Of a stretch of 64,000 nucleotides of DNA, positions 25,681 through 34,163 are shown piece by piece (the stretch's first letter is position 1; each line of letters opens with the position of its first letter). Where the stretch lies: positions 320,001 to 384,000 of the IMG/VR virus record IMGVR_UViG_3300009031_000221; one strand, 5' to 3'. The notes beneath the pieces are model-generated. The model was not told the DNA's origin, did not search any database, and saw nothing but the letters and a program-made list of their open reading frames with translations. The DNA comes from a virus. Lineage: Duplodnaviria; Caudoviricetes. The position numbers and the translations under genes were made by a program.

Positions 25681-26999
25681 AGCAACTCTTGCGCCCTGGT
25701 CAGGATGATCTCCTGGCATTGTGCGGGAGTCATGCCCTGGGTCTTGGCAACAATAACATTTGCCTCATCATCAGGCAACATGCGCTTTGCCATCTGCAAC
25801 CGACCCTCATCCGTGATGGTGTCAGGCGTGTGCAACGTGCGGTCTACACGGCCCGGACGCGGACGGGTTTCCCCTACCGTGATAGTCCCATCGGATTCCT
25901 GAACAGCCGGGCCACCCAAGGCCTGATCTACCTGATCCAGGTAGTTCGTGGTGATGATGCTCAGCAAACCGTCATTGCTGCCTACACCCTGCAACTGGTT
26001 GAGGAGGAGGTCAAACGTCGGCGGTGTGCCCTTCTGGATGTTCGGCTGCTTTGCAGTACGGGCATTGTAGACGGAATCCAGGTCTTCCAATAGGACAAGG
26101 CAAGGCACGTTCGAACGTGCCATGTCAAATGCACTGGTCAAGTCGGCGTTGGTCATCGACTGGAGGTCAAGCAGGTAGATCGGAATGTCCAAGTCAATGG
26201 CAATGGCCCGAGCCAAGGAGGTCTTGCCCGTACCCGGCCGGCCGTGAACGAGGTAGCCACGCCGCCAAGGCAAACGGTGCTCCAAGTACCACTCCTGATT
26301 GGTATTCCACTGGCGGGCATCCTCGAGGATGTGCATGACATCTGCCGGGAGCCAGAGGTCATCCGGCGCCCCCGAGTGCTTCGGATCGCCAATGTCATTG
26401 GGATCCTCGGTCAAGTAGTATGCCGTCGCGGGCTTGTCCGTGAATGGGGAAGATCCACCGTGAGTGGCACGGTCATTGCCTTCCTTTCCGCCATTGCCAC
26501 CATTGCCCCCAACGCGAATCAACTTGTAGCGATTGCGCTTGCGGTCGTTGTTGGTCTTCACGATGTCCCGGAGCATCTGTTCGAAGTCCAACGTGCCGCG
26601 GAAGTAGCGGATGGTCATCTGCGTACCATCCTTGCCACGGTCTACCCATACGGGGATCTTGATCCAACGCTTCTTGATCCAGAAGGTCAAGCCGCCGTCC
26701 TTGTCAAGCCAACGCGACAGAATCCACTGTTGCTTGCGCTTTGAACGGACGAACTTGGAAATGACCATGTATCCACGGCTTCCCAACTTCGAGGGCTTGG
26801 CAATCAGGCTGAATGCCGTGATCACTTCAGCGGACAAGTCCGCATCTACCTTGGATACGCAAACGAGGTGCGTACTCATGGTGCTGAAGAACGATTTGAT
26901 CCTGTTCCAGAAAGCGATAACCATACCGATGATGGCAGGGATTGCCCATAGCGGCAACCAATCGGGCATGAAGGACTTGAGCATATCCATGGGGGGCAT
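25677..26999 (-). CDS. BCS1-like membrane-anchored AAA+ ATPase
   Basis: N-term TM PLWAIPAIIGMVIAFW; WYLEHRLPWRRGYLVHGRPGTGKT (Walker A with BCS1-like prefix); Walker B LVLLEDLD; RPGRVD. Confidence 0.8.
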   Translation of the reverse strand: MPPMDMLKSFMPDWLPLWAIPAIIGMVIAFWNRIKSFFSTMSTHLVCVSKVDADLSAEVITAFSLIAKPSKLGSRGYMVISKFVRSKRKQQWILSRWLDKDGGLTFWIKKRWIKIPVWVDRGKDGTQMTIRYFRGTLDFEQMLRDIVKTNNDRKRNRYKLIRVGGNGGNGGKEGNDRATHGGSSPFTDKPATAYYLTEDPNDIGDPKHSGAPDDLWLPADVMHILEDARQWNTNQEWYLEHRLPWRRGYLVHGRPGTGKTSLARAIAIDLDIPIYLLDLQSMTNADLTSAFDMARSNVPCLVLLEDLDSVYNARTAKQPNIQKGTPPTFDLLLNQLQGVGSNDGLLSIITTNYLDQVDQALGGPAVQESDGTITVGETRPRPGRVDRTLHTPDTITDEGRLQMAKRMLPDDEANVIVAKTQGMTPAQCQEIILTRAQELL

Positions 27000-27012
27000 T
27001 GGGGCATTCTCC

Positions 27013-27675
27013 TTAGATGGTCATAGCTTGTTGTGCGGTAGCACATGGGTTGAATTCGACATTGGTACGCAGGAACACTTCACTTCGCAGGTCGGTATGG
27101 CAGGGATGCATGAGTTCTACAATTACATTGGTGGCGGCACACCTCGCATCTACATCTACATCATTGGCATAGTAATACGCGGCATACGCCGCAATATTAC
27201 ATGGATGTGCCCAACCTGAGATGTCCTTTTTCTTTTGACCTTCGGCTGATTCCACTGTCCGATCTTCACCGGAGAGCCACTTGTTCGCCCAATCCTTCCA
27301 ATCAACGTCATCCGCTACTTGCAATGCCGTGAGGATGCCAAATCGGACGAATTGTTCCGTTGTGGGGTAAGCGAAGTCTGTGATTTCCTTTGTGAGAGTC
27401 AATTGGGTTGACCCGCCCTTCAAGGGCTCCCTGATGATAGTGCCGTCCGCTTCTGCCTCAAACATCCGTAGGCTGGATGGATTGAAGTTGCCGTGTACCC
27501 CATTCATGAATAGAGCGAGGGCAGGATCCTCGTACCAGTGTAGGAATGATGCAGAACAAAGCCCCTGGCATATGTTACTGTGCCTATGGGCACTAGTTTC
27601 ATACGTTTCCCCGACAAACCATTGAAACCCTCTGAAGGTTTGCATGTTCTTATCAGTTAGCTTGTAAACCTTCAT
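27013..27675 (-). CDS. DUF7666-like phage protein
   Basis: start refined to MKVYKLTD; FQWFVGETY...FLHWYEDPALAL...FEAEADG. Confidence 0.55.
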   Translation of the reverse strand: MKVYKLTDKNMQTFRGFQWFVGETYETSAHRHSNICQGLCSASFLHWYEDPALALFMNGVHGNFNPSSLRMFEAEADGTIIREPLKGGSTQLTLTKEITDFAYPTTEQFVRFGILTALQVADDVDWKDWANKWLSGEDRTVESAEGQKKKDISGWAHPCNIAAYAAYYYANDVDVDARCAATNVIVELMHPCHTDLRSEVFLRTNVEFNPCATAQQAMTI

Positions 27676-28025
27676 CACTTCTCCGAAAAGTCTCGTTCGC
27701 ACCATAGGGTCGTCAGTCCGCCATCAGAATTGCCACACCATAGCATCCGGCAAAGCTGCTTGAGCCCGTTCCTGGACGTGCGATGGTCAAACTCCATGCA
27801 CTGCGTAGGGCCAGTGTTGTTGAAGATCTGGATGGCAAAATCGTAAGGGTGAATGGAATCCAGGGAGCGGACATCTTTCGGGGGCTCTGGTACTGCTGGG
27901 GCTTGTACGGGAGCTTGTACGGGGGATTGTACGGCAGCCGGAGCAACCCCCTTGTTCCCGAATAGAATCACCATCACGGCAGCCGTGCCTAATATTGCAG
28001 TGCAGAATGCTAGCAAACCTTTCAT
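27675..28025 (-). CDS. membrane-anchored/secreted protein, paralog of 15817..16080
   Basis: N-term hydrophobic helix, Pro/Ala linker, C-term CRMLWCGNSDGGLTTLWC. Confidence 0.6.
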   Translation of the reverse strand: MKGLLAFCTAILGTAAVMVILFGNKGVAPAAVQSPVQAPVQAPAVPEPPKDVRSLDSIHPYDFAIQIFNNTGPTQCMEFDHRTSRNGLKQLCRMLWCGNSDGGLTTLWCERDFSEK

Positions 28026-28285
28026 TTTCCCGCCCTCTTCAAGCATCCAGGGCAGATCCAGCCCTCAGCTTTGTTGTACTTCCAACCACGATTGACGGCA
28101 TCCGCCTTGATCTTTGGCATGGTCACTTTGCCATCGCAGTCCAATCGATCCCAATCCCCGCATTGGCCGCAGAAGACCTCATAGGCAATACGGATAACGC
28201 CCAGGATAGGGCCTGGGGTGTACCCCTCGCACTTGAACGTGGATTCAGGAAGTTTCAACATGTCCGCAACGCTGATCTCTGTCAT
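28022..28285 (-). CDS. zinc-ribbon hypothetical protein
   Basis: FCGQCG...WICPGC. Confidence 0.6.
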   Translation of the reverse strand: MTEISVADMLKLPESTFKCEGYTPGPILGVIRIAYEVFCGQCGDWDRLDCDGKVTMPKIKADAVNRGWKYNKAEGWICPGCLKRAGK

Positions 28286-28305
28286 AGCGGTATCCTCCAG
28301 GTGGA

Positions 28306-28331
28306 TCTACGCATACCAGTCTAGAAGTAAG
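28306..28331 (-). promoter_or_regulatory. repeated bipartite promoter-like motif heading the ATPase-array operon
   Basis: tctacgc-N11-gaagtaag; 21 nt above start 28285. Confidence 0.75.
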
Positions 28332-28335
28332 CCTA

Positions 28336-28641
28336 TCAGGGACGATCACTCACGATAGCGGAAGTCGGATCACAGTTCGGGTATACCTTGTAGAGCGCTA
28401 TTGGAGTGCCCCGCACGCAATACATGTGCTGACATCCACCGATATAGATGAATCGGCATTGAGGCATCCCGATAGAGGAGGTTCCCTCTGACGGTGGGAT
28501 AGGCGCCAGATGAGAATCAGCCTGCCGCGAGTTCCGATAGGCCACTGCGATTACGAATCCAAATAACATGAATAGAATAGCGATTAGGGTGCGAAACCTA
28601 ACAATCCCGTCCCATACAATGTCCAAGAAGCTGAAGTTCAC
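28336..28641 (-). CDS. membrane-anchored hypothetical protein
   Basis: TM TLIAILFMLFGFVIAVAY; Cys-containing C-term. Confidence 0.55.
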   Translation of the reverse strand: MNFSFLDIVWDGIVRFRTLIAILFMLFGFVIAVAYRNSRQADSHLAPIPPSEGTSSIGMPQCRFIYIGGCQHMYCVRGTPIALYKVYPNCDPTSAIVSDRP

Positions 28642-28681
28642 GGCGTATAATCCTCATCCCCAGGTAATCGGGATTGGACTA

Positions 28682-28707
28682 TCTACGCAGTATCCGCCTG
28701 GATTGAG
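28682..28707 (-). promoter_or_regulatory. degenerate copy of the bipartite motif
   Basis: tctacgc-N11-ggattgag (3 mismatches in second box); 41 nt above start 28641. Confidence 0.35.
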
Positions 28708-28708
28708 T

Positions 28709-29044
28709 CTAGGACTCCGCCTTGACCGTTTCCGTGGCAGGTTCCTTCTCAGCCATCCTACGGAGCGCCTTGGCAAACGGCATGCCCATAATCGTGCCTA
28801 CGAACGCCCCAGACACAAGGAAGAAGAACATAGAGGCCAACAGGCCTAGAACCATCCCACCGCCCGTTACAATGCGGACAAGGGTAGTAGGTTCCATCGT
28901 GCTACCGAACAAGGCCCCCGCCATGACCAAACCCATGTAGCCTCCGTACAGGACGCCAGGGACGGCACCGATGGCAATGTAGAGCAAGAAGCTAATGGCC
29001 GCTCCAATGTAGGTAGGAAGCAGGGCGTAGTGATTGCGTTGCAT
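28709..29044 (-). CDS. Gly-rich integral membrane protein
   Basis: 2-3 hydrophobic helices, PGVLYGGYMG. Confidence 0.65.
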   Translation of the reverse strand: MQRNHYALLPTYIGAAISFLLYIAIGAVPGVLYGGYMGLVMAGALFGSTMEPTTLVRIVTGGGMVLGLLASMFFFLVSGAFVGTIMGMPFAKALRRMAEKEPATETVKAES

Positions 29045-29215
29045 GATAGTCTCCTTGAAAGGGATCGAACTTGATCCGCCCTATCCTATAGCAATACCCA
29101 TGCCAACATCAGTGCATATTGTTTCCAAGGGGTTATGATGTGGCATGCCCTCATTTGTCGGGAAAACGGGACAATGTTGTCGGGCATTCGGTAGCTAGCC
29201 TGTACGCAGCCATAG

Positions 29216-29575
29216 GTGGCAATCATGCCATCTATGACCGGGAGACAGAATATGCAATGCCCAACATGTGACGCAGCCCTAGTTTGTGCCGCCTGCCGTA
29301 ATGCCGTTGAAGACGAAGATCCTTGTTCCATGTCTTCGGAAGAGCCTCTCACGGATGAGGACGGCAATTCCCTTTTCGACGATGACGACGATGACGACGA
29401 TGATGAAGGTGATGTATTGAGCGTTGCGGTTGGATTCGATGACGAGACCGGATTGGTCATCGTGAACTTCGCCAAGTCCACTGGATGGTTGGGCATGCCA
29501 GTAGAAGCGGCGGAAGACTTCGCCAATCTGATCCTGGAGAACGCCAAGGCTTCTCGGGAAAGCCGGATGAGCTAA
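29216..29575 (+). CDS. acidic hypothetical protein with CxxC pair and poly-Asp tract
   Basis: CPTC...CAAC; D9 run at 29378-29404; lone plus-strand gene. Confidence 0.6.
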   Translation: MAIMPSMTGRQNMQCPTCDAALVCAACRNAVEDEDPCSMSSEEPLTDEDGNSLFDDDDDDDDDEGDVLSVAVGFDDETGLVIVNFAKSTGWLGMPVEAAEDFANLILENAKASRESRMS

Positions 29576-29883
29576 TCGATCTGGGTGTCGAGTTCCGTGT
29601 ATTTGCACTCATTCAAGTCCACGTCCTCAATGAGCCCATCCTTGACAGTCCAGTTGAAGTCGATAGACGTAGCCTTTGTAGGGCCTCCGAACTGCTTTTG
29701 TGCAGTCGACAACGCCTTTATGGCAACGGCTATCGTCTTTCCTGTAGCCTCCATCCCAATGAACGGCCTCATGGCATCATAGAGGACGGCATACATGACT
29801 TCCTCCATAGCCCTGTTCCTAGGCGTATCGGGGAAGTCAAAGGACTCGTCTGTAGGTTTCAGAACCAGGTTATCAGTCATCAT
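29572..29883 (-). CDS. hypothetical protein
   Basis: start refined to MMTDNL. Confidence 0.55.
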   Translation of the reverse strand: MMTDNLVLKPTDESFDFPDTPRNRAMEEVMYAVLYDAMRPFIGMEATGKTIAVAIKALSTAQKQFGGPTKATSIDFNWTVKDGLIEDVDLNECKYTELDTQID

Positions 29884-30094
29884 TCCCCACAGGCTCATGC
29901 AAGTCGCAGTGGAGTTCCCCATAGGTGCGGGTAGGTCCAAACTGTGTTACCTCAACGATCGTGACAGTAGGGCTATCCGACGTATGCTTCCACTTGACCG
30001 GGATGGGAGGGTTTACCAAGCAGTGGCCCTCGATGCCTGAAGAATTAATCGCACGAAAATGCTTGCAATTGACACACTTCACGTTATACCTCAT
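29873..30094 (-). CDS. small Cys-rich hypothetical protein
   Basis: CVNCKHF...GHC...HCDLH. Confidence 0.55.
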   Translation of the reverse strand: MRYNVKCVNCKHFRAINSSGIEGHCLVNPPIPVKWKHTSDSPTVTIVEVTQFGPTRTYGELHCDLHEPVGNDD

Positions 30095-30954
30095 GAAAAA
30101 TCAAAGCCCTCGAGGGCGTCAATGACGGATGCTGCTGTTTCCTTTGCGTGTCTACGCTCTAATGCCCGGGCCTGCAGTGCAATTTTTATCTTCGCCCGAT
30201 GCTCTGGGGTCTTTGGCACGCCTTTCATGCTAATAGACATTCGAGCTTTTGCTTCATCCGACATCACATACCCTTTTCTTCCTTTATTCGCAGCGGCTAT
30301 TTTGGCTTTATGCTCTGCGGTAAGTACTTTACCCGTATTCGCCTGCCGAATAGCTTCCCGAGTATGCGGGTGCATAGCTTTGCCTTTCTTAGATTCGCTA
30401 ATTTTAGCACATGTTTCGGCGGACTTGGTGTGCCCTTTCATAACCGAAGACATATGGGCTTTGTTTTCCGGGAGGTTCATTCTAGCGGATTGTACTGCAG
30501 ACATCTTGGCTAGTGTTGCGGGAGAATGTGTTCGTCCCGTACCTGCAAGAGCTATTTTCGCTCTTGTTTCAATAGACGGTATCCGGGGAGGGTTGTTTTG
30601 TCGAACTGCTTTCTGTGCGATGCTCATTTTCAATTTTGATTCCGCAGAGTGGCGCTTATTCCCTTTTACCACAATCCCCAGGTTGTATCCTGTGTCACGG
30701 CACAATGCACCTAATCTGTTGATGTGGTGTTCCTCTCTAGAGTCCAATTGATCTTCATCACATAGCTCTATGATATCGAAATCAAATTCACTTTCCCCAT
30801 ACTTGTCCCATGCACGCTGAAGGTATTCGTTGTCGTGTATGCCTTGTTTCAATTCTGAACGGTGATTGTACCATCGTTTAGGTATGTTGGAGGATTGCCC
30901 GACATAAACCTTACCATTAGTCCTGTTCGTGATGATGTAGATCCCGCAATTCAT
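30091..30954 (-). CDS. GIY-YIG homing endonuclease with NUMOD3-like repeats
   Basis: CGIYIITN...KVYVGQS...R; repeated H(S/T)xE(T/S)xxK(M/I)S motifs. Confidence 0.9.
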   Translation of the reverse strand: MNCGIYIITNRTNGKVYVGQSSNIPKRWYNHRSELKQGIHDNEYLQRAWDKYGESEFDFDIIELCDEDQLDSREEHHINRLGALCRDTGYNLGIVVKGNKRHSAESKLKMSIAQKAVRQNNPPRIPSIETRAKIALAGTGRTHSPATLAKMSAVQSARMNLPENKAHMSSVMKGHTKSAETCAKISESKKGKAMHPHTREAIRQANTGKVLTAEHKAKIAAANKGRKGYVMSDEAKARMSISMKGVPKTPEHRAKIKIALQARALERRHAKETAASVIDALEGFDFS

Positions 30955-31141
30955 GGGTAATCCCTTGAGATGGCACGGGTTGGTTGGATGCCGATTGTCT
31001 GCGTTCTATTTCGCTGACGATCAAATCGCGGATGACCTGTGACCAACTGCATCGGCGGCGAAGGGCCTCGGCCTTGAGCCAATCCAGTAGCTCGAAGTCA
31101 ATCCCGATTCGCGTTGCATGTTTGTTCTTCAGCGTCATCAT
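30917..31141 (-). CDS. ribbon-helix-helix (CopG-like) DNA-binding protein
   Basis: TRIGIDFELLDWLKAEALRRRCSWSQVIRDLI. Confidence 0.7.
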   Translation of the reverse strand: MMTLKNKHATRIGIDFELLDWLKAEALRRRCSWSQVIRDLIVSEIERRQSASNQPVPSQGITHELRDLHHHEQD

Positions 31142-31161
31142 TGTCCTTGGTGTGCCTACTC

Positions 31162-31190
31162 AGTGTAGACTATAGATGGATTATCGGCAA
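31162..31190 (-). promoter_or_regulatory. sigma70-type promoter
   Basis: minus strand TTGCCG-N17-TACACT above the RHH gene. Confidence 0.55.
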
Positions 31191-31191
31191 T

Positions 31192-31884
31192 TCAACCGAA
31201 GTCGAAGTCGCCCAATATGTCATTGACGGTTTCTAGCCGTTCGGTTAGCTGTTTTTTGGCGGCAACTGATTCGGGAGTAGGGTCGTATTCTAATCCGGTC
31301 TGAAGCCGTTGAAATAATTTACCATTCACAAAACTGTCCGCATAGGCACCGTGACTATCGTTCAGTTCTTGAATACCCATTCTGGCGCAACATGTGATGA
31401 GCTTATTTCCATCTGGGTGTTTTGGCCACCTTGCCCGTGCCAACTTGAGAGTGTCTACCGGGTTGATGAGCGGCATCGCAATCTGTGCCGCCTCGAAGTG
31501 TGCCCGTAGGATGGGAATGTCATAGGACACGATGTTGTGACCTACCAGGGGGAGGCGTTGTGAGGCATCATTGAATGGAGATGCGTCCCATATGTTCCCA
31601 GGTTCTGATGAGGAGGCTCCGCTAGGAATCGTCCATTCCAAAGCCTTGACAATATCCGCTGCCACGTCATCGAATGATGGCATGTTCTCTACGTCACGGT
31701 CATAGATACCGTGGACTGCTGACGCGGGAGAAGGGATTGGGATGCCAGGATTGATACGCTGCAGGTACTGCTGGACTACGTTGCCTTCCGCATCCCAGGC
31801 TAGAATGCAAATCTCAACCAGCTTGCAAGTCCTTGCCAACCCAGTAGTTTCTGTGTCAATGCTGCAGAATGCAATTTCACTCAT
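31192..31884 (-). CDS. DEDDh 3'-5' exonuclease (DnaQ/epsilon-like)
   Basis: IDTETTG (ExoI), GHNIVSYD (ExoII), HGAYADS (ExoIII). Confidence 0.9.
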   Translation of the reverse strand: MSEIAFCSIDTETTGLARTCKLVEICILAWDAEGNVVQQYLQRINPGIPIPSPASAVHGIYDRDVENMPSFDDVAADIVKALEWTIPSGASSSEPGNIWDASPFNDASQRLPLVGHNIVSYDIPILRAHFEAAQIAMPLINPVDTLKLARARWPKHPDGNKLITCCARMGIQELNDSHGAYADSFVNGKLFQRLQTGLEYDPTPESVAAKKQLTERLETVNDILGDFDFG

Positions 31885-32450
31885 TACTTCACCTTCAGGT
31901 CAGGATATAGGGCACGAATTTCTGGGGGCGTGTTGATGGACAATACTGCCTCATCGAATGTGCCCTCAACTGTCAAACATGTATTCTGGGAATCCCCATT
32001 GAGAAGGGTGTTTCGTACTACCCAACCTGGATAATCTACCACGGGATATTGGTCGATCGAATACGAATAGGATACCATCGCGGGTTCATGTGCGGAGTAT
32101 TCAACACCTAACAGGTCACATGACATATCCCGATCTGCTCGCATCATGGGGCCAAAGGTGATTTTGTGTTTGCCCGTATGCTCTGGATGGCGAACAATTC
32201 TACCTTCACCTTCCCAGGGGCCGTCAAAGAAGTCCATCCATAAAGCGGAACGTCGATACTGCTTTGTGTCTAAGTTCGCCCAGTAAACTACGCCAAGCAT
32301 TTGCCCATTTTTCAACAACCTAATGAACTTGGTATTAGGCGGATTAGCTGTAATGATACGATCCCCCAACGGAGATGCGGAAGCGATACTAGGAATTGTC
32401 AAGGCCAGTGCGCCCAATCCCATATTAGCTAGGAAGTTTCTACGGTTCAT
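31884..32450 (-). CDS. Tat-signal protein, paralog of 32447..32902
   Basis: MNRRNFLANMGLGALALTIPSIASA; GVVYWANLDTK...WMDFFDGPWEG. Confidence 0.7.
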   Translation of the reverse strand: MNRRNFLANMGLGALALTIPSIASASPLGDRIITANPPNTKFIRLLKNGQMLGVVYWANLDTKQYRRSALWMDFFDGPWEGEGRIVRHPEHTGKHKITFGPMMRADRDMSCDLLGVEYSAHEPAMVSYSYSIDQYPVVDYPGWVVRNTLLNGDSQNTCLTVEGTFDEAVLSINTPPEIRALYPDLKVK

Positions 32451-32902
32451 GGATCCACCTTCAGGTCAGGGAACAATGCCTGGATTTCTAGGGATGTATT
32501 CGAGCCTAATACGGCTTCATCGAATACACCTTCAACTGTCAAAGGGGTCGTACGGCAGTTTGCCTTGGGATCCCCGTAGGCGGGATACTGGTTGAGGTAA
32601 TCCACTACGGGGTATTGATCGATCGAGTATTTTCTATTTGCGGGGAGGAGATGTGCCAATCCGGCATCATTTGCGTCCAACTCGTGGAGGGTGCTGTGTG
32701 TCATTTCTGTTACATCAGCCCTGTGACGTACGATTCTGCCGCCACCTTCCCACGGGCCATCAATGAAGTCCATCCACAAAGCGGTGCGGTGGTATTCCTT
32801 GGTGTCTAGGTTGGCCCAGTAGACCACACCTAGTTGCTTCCCGCCTTTCAATAGGCGGATATATCCGGCACCAGGGCTATCGAGGGTGATAATGCGTTCC
32901 AT
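32447..32902 (-). CDS. signal-less paralog of 31884..32450
   Basis: GVVYWANLDTK...WMDFIDGPWEG...YSIDQYPVVDY. Confidence 0.7.
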   Translation of the reverse strand: MERIITLDSPGAGYIRLLKGGKQLGVVYWANLDTKEYHRTALWMDFIDGPWEGGGRIVRHRADVTEMTHSTLHELDANDAGLAHLLPANRKYSIDQYPVVDYLNQYPAYGDPKANCRTTPLTVEGVFDEAVLGSNTSLEIQALFPDLKVDP

Positions 32903-32911
32903 TGAGGCCTC

Positions 32912-33352
32912 TCAGTTGACAGGTTCAGCTATCCAGCTTACGGATTGGATCTCTTTGGCGCCCTTGAATACCTTGACTACCACTCGGGACACGAAGGGAA
33001 CCTTGGAAGCCTTGGCTACAATAGCCTTTGCCCCGTCTGGATCCGTAGCTACCCAACGGCCCACAAACTCATACCCGCCAGGGATGAAGTTTATACCACC
33101 TTCCCGACGATACCCCCAATGGGATGCAATATGCATGAAGTGCTCACGGAATACCGGTTGCATCAGCTTACGGTGCTCTTTGATGGTAGTTTCCGCCGTG
33201 TATTCCATCGGGTAATCAATGTACGTGTAATAGGTATAGGGATAGCAGGAAGACTCGAGGCTATCGATCTGCTTCATCATGTTAGCGTCATTCGGGTCTA
33301 CCTTGACGATCTTGGTACTCACGGGTTCTCCAAAGGATTGTAGGGATTGCAT
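32912..33352 (-). CDS. hypothetical protein
   Basis: start refined to MQSLQS. Confidence 0.55.
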   Translation of the reverse strand: MQSLQSFGEPVSTKIVKVDPNDANMMKQIDSLESSCYPYTYYTYIDYPMEYTAETTIKEHRKLMQPVFREHFMHIASHWGYRREGGINFIPGGYEFVGRWVATDPDGAKAIVAKASKVPFVSRVVVKVFKGAKEIQSVSWIAEPVN

Positions 33353-33353
33353 T

Positions 33354-34163
33354 TCATGCAATCTTAGTGATATTACGAAGTGCTCGGTCAATCGCTAAGA
33401 AGTTTGCTACCGGCATAGCGGAGGCTCCTGTATAGACTGCAATTTGAGCAATGCTGCCTTTCCAGGGTGCCCCTGCACCATTATTGCGGGATCCAATGTT
33501 CAATACGTCTGTGGAAAAACCATCCGTATTGTCGGCGAAAGATGATCCTGTCGTTGGGAATTCTGATCCATTGATATACAACATCAGTTCAGTTCGGTCG
33601 GATACTGATTTGTCATTGACACAAGCATAGCACACCATGTTTGTGTATCCATAGGTACTAATACGGTAATTCGTACCACCAGGGCTGTTGACATAGGTAG
33701 CAATGCCTCCCGTAGCACCCCCGGTTGAGTCATACAGGGCAAAAATTCCGTAAGTTGCGGTATACCCAGCGGTGCCGGATTCGCAAATTATTGATTGTGC
33801 CCCTGCTGGCTGAACCGCGGCTTGTGTGAACACCATGAATACGGTCACACTTTGATTGTCCGCAAAAGCTAGATTGCCCGACACTAAAGCATGTGTAGTA
33901 CCATTGAATGTAACTACCGGGATCGTCGCCAAGGTTCCGGCGATTGGTTGTTTAGCCCCCGTCGCTTGGGCAGCCGATATGCTGTTTTTACGGTCAACCC
34001 ATGAGGATACCGCACCCGCCGCCAATGTCCGGGCGTCCCACCAGGCTAATAGCGTTGTCCCCGCAGGCGGGTATAGCACGACATTATCATCGTTGCCTAC
34101 CCCTTGGGGGCCCCAAGAGGATGCCTGCTTGGTAAATTGACCCTGAATGCGGGATCGGCTCAT
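33354..34163 (-). CDS. LamG/concanavalin-like jelly-roll virion protein (putative)
   Basis: LAWWDA...VSSWVD...QATGAKQP...VTFNG...LYING...WKGSIAQIAVY. Confidence 0.65.
   Translation of the reverse strand: MSRSRIQGQFTKQASSWGPQGVGNDDNVVLYPPAGTTLLAWWDARTLAAGAVSSWVDRKNSISAAQATGAKQPIAGTLATIPVVTFNGTTHALVSGNLAFADNQSVTVFMVFTQAAVQPAGAQSIICESGTAGYTATYGIFALYDSTGGATGGIATYVNSPGGTNYRISTYGYTNMVCYACVNDKSVSDRTELMLYINGSEFPTTGSSFADNTDGFSTDVLNIGSRNNGAGAPWKGSIAQIAVYTGASAMPVANFLAIDRALRNITKIA

Noticed and set aside
31884-32902. Template/variable repeat (DGR) pair
   Set aside because: Differences between the two copies involve all four bases and are largely at third codon positions, as in ordinary paralogs.
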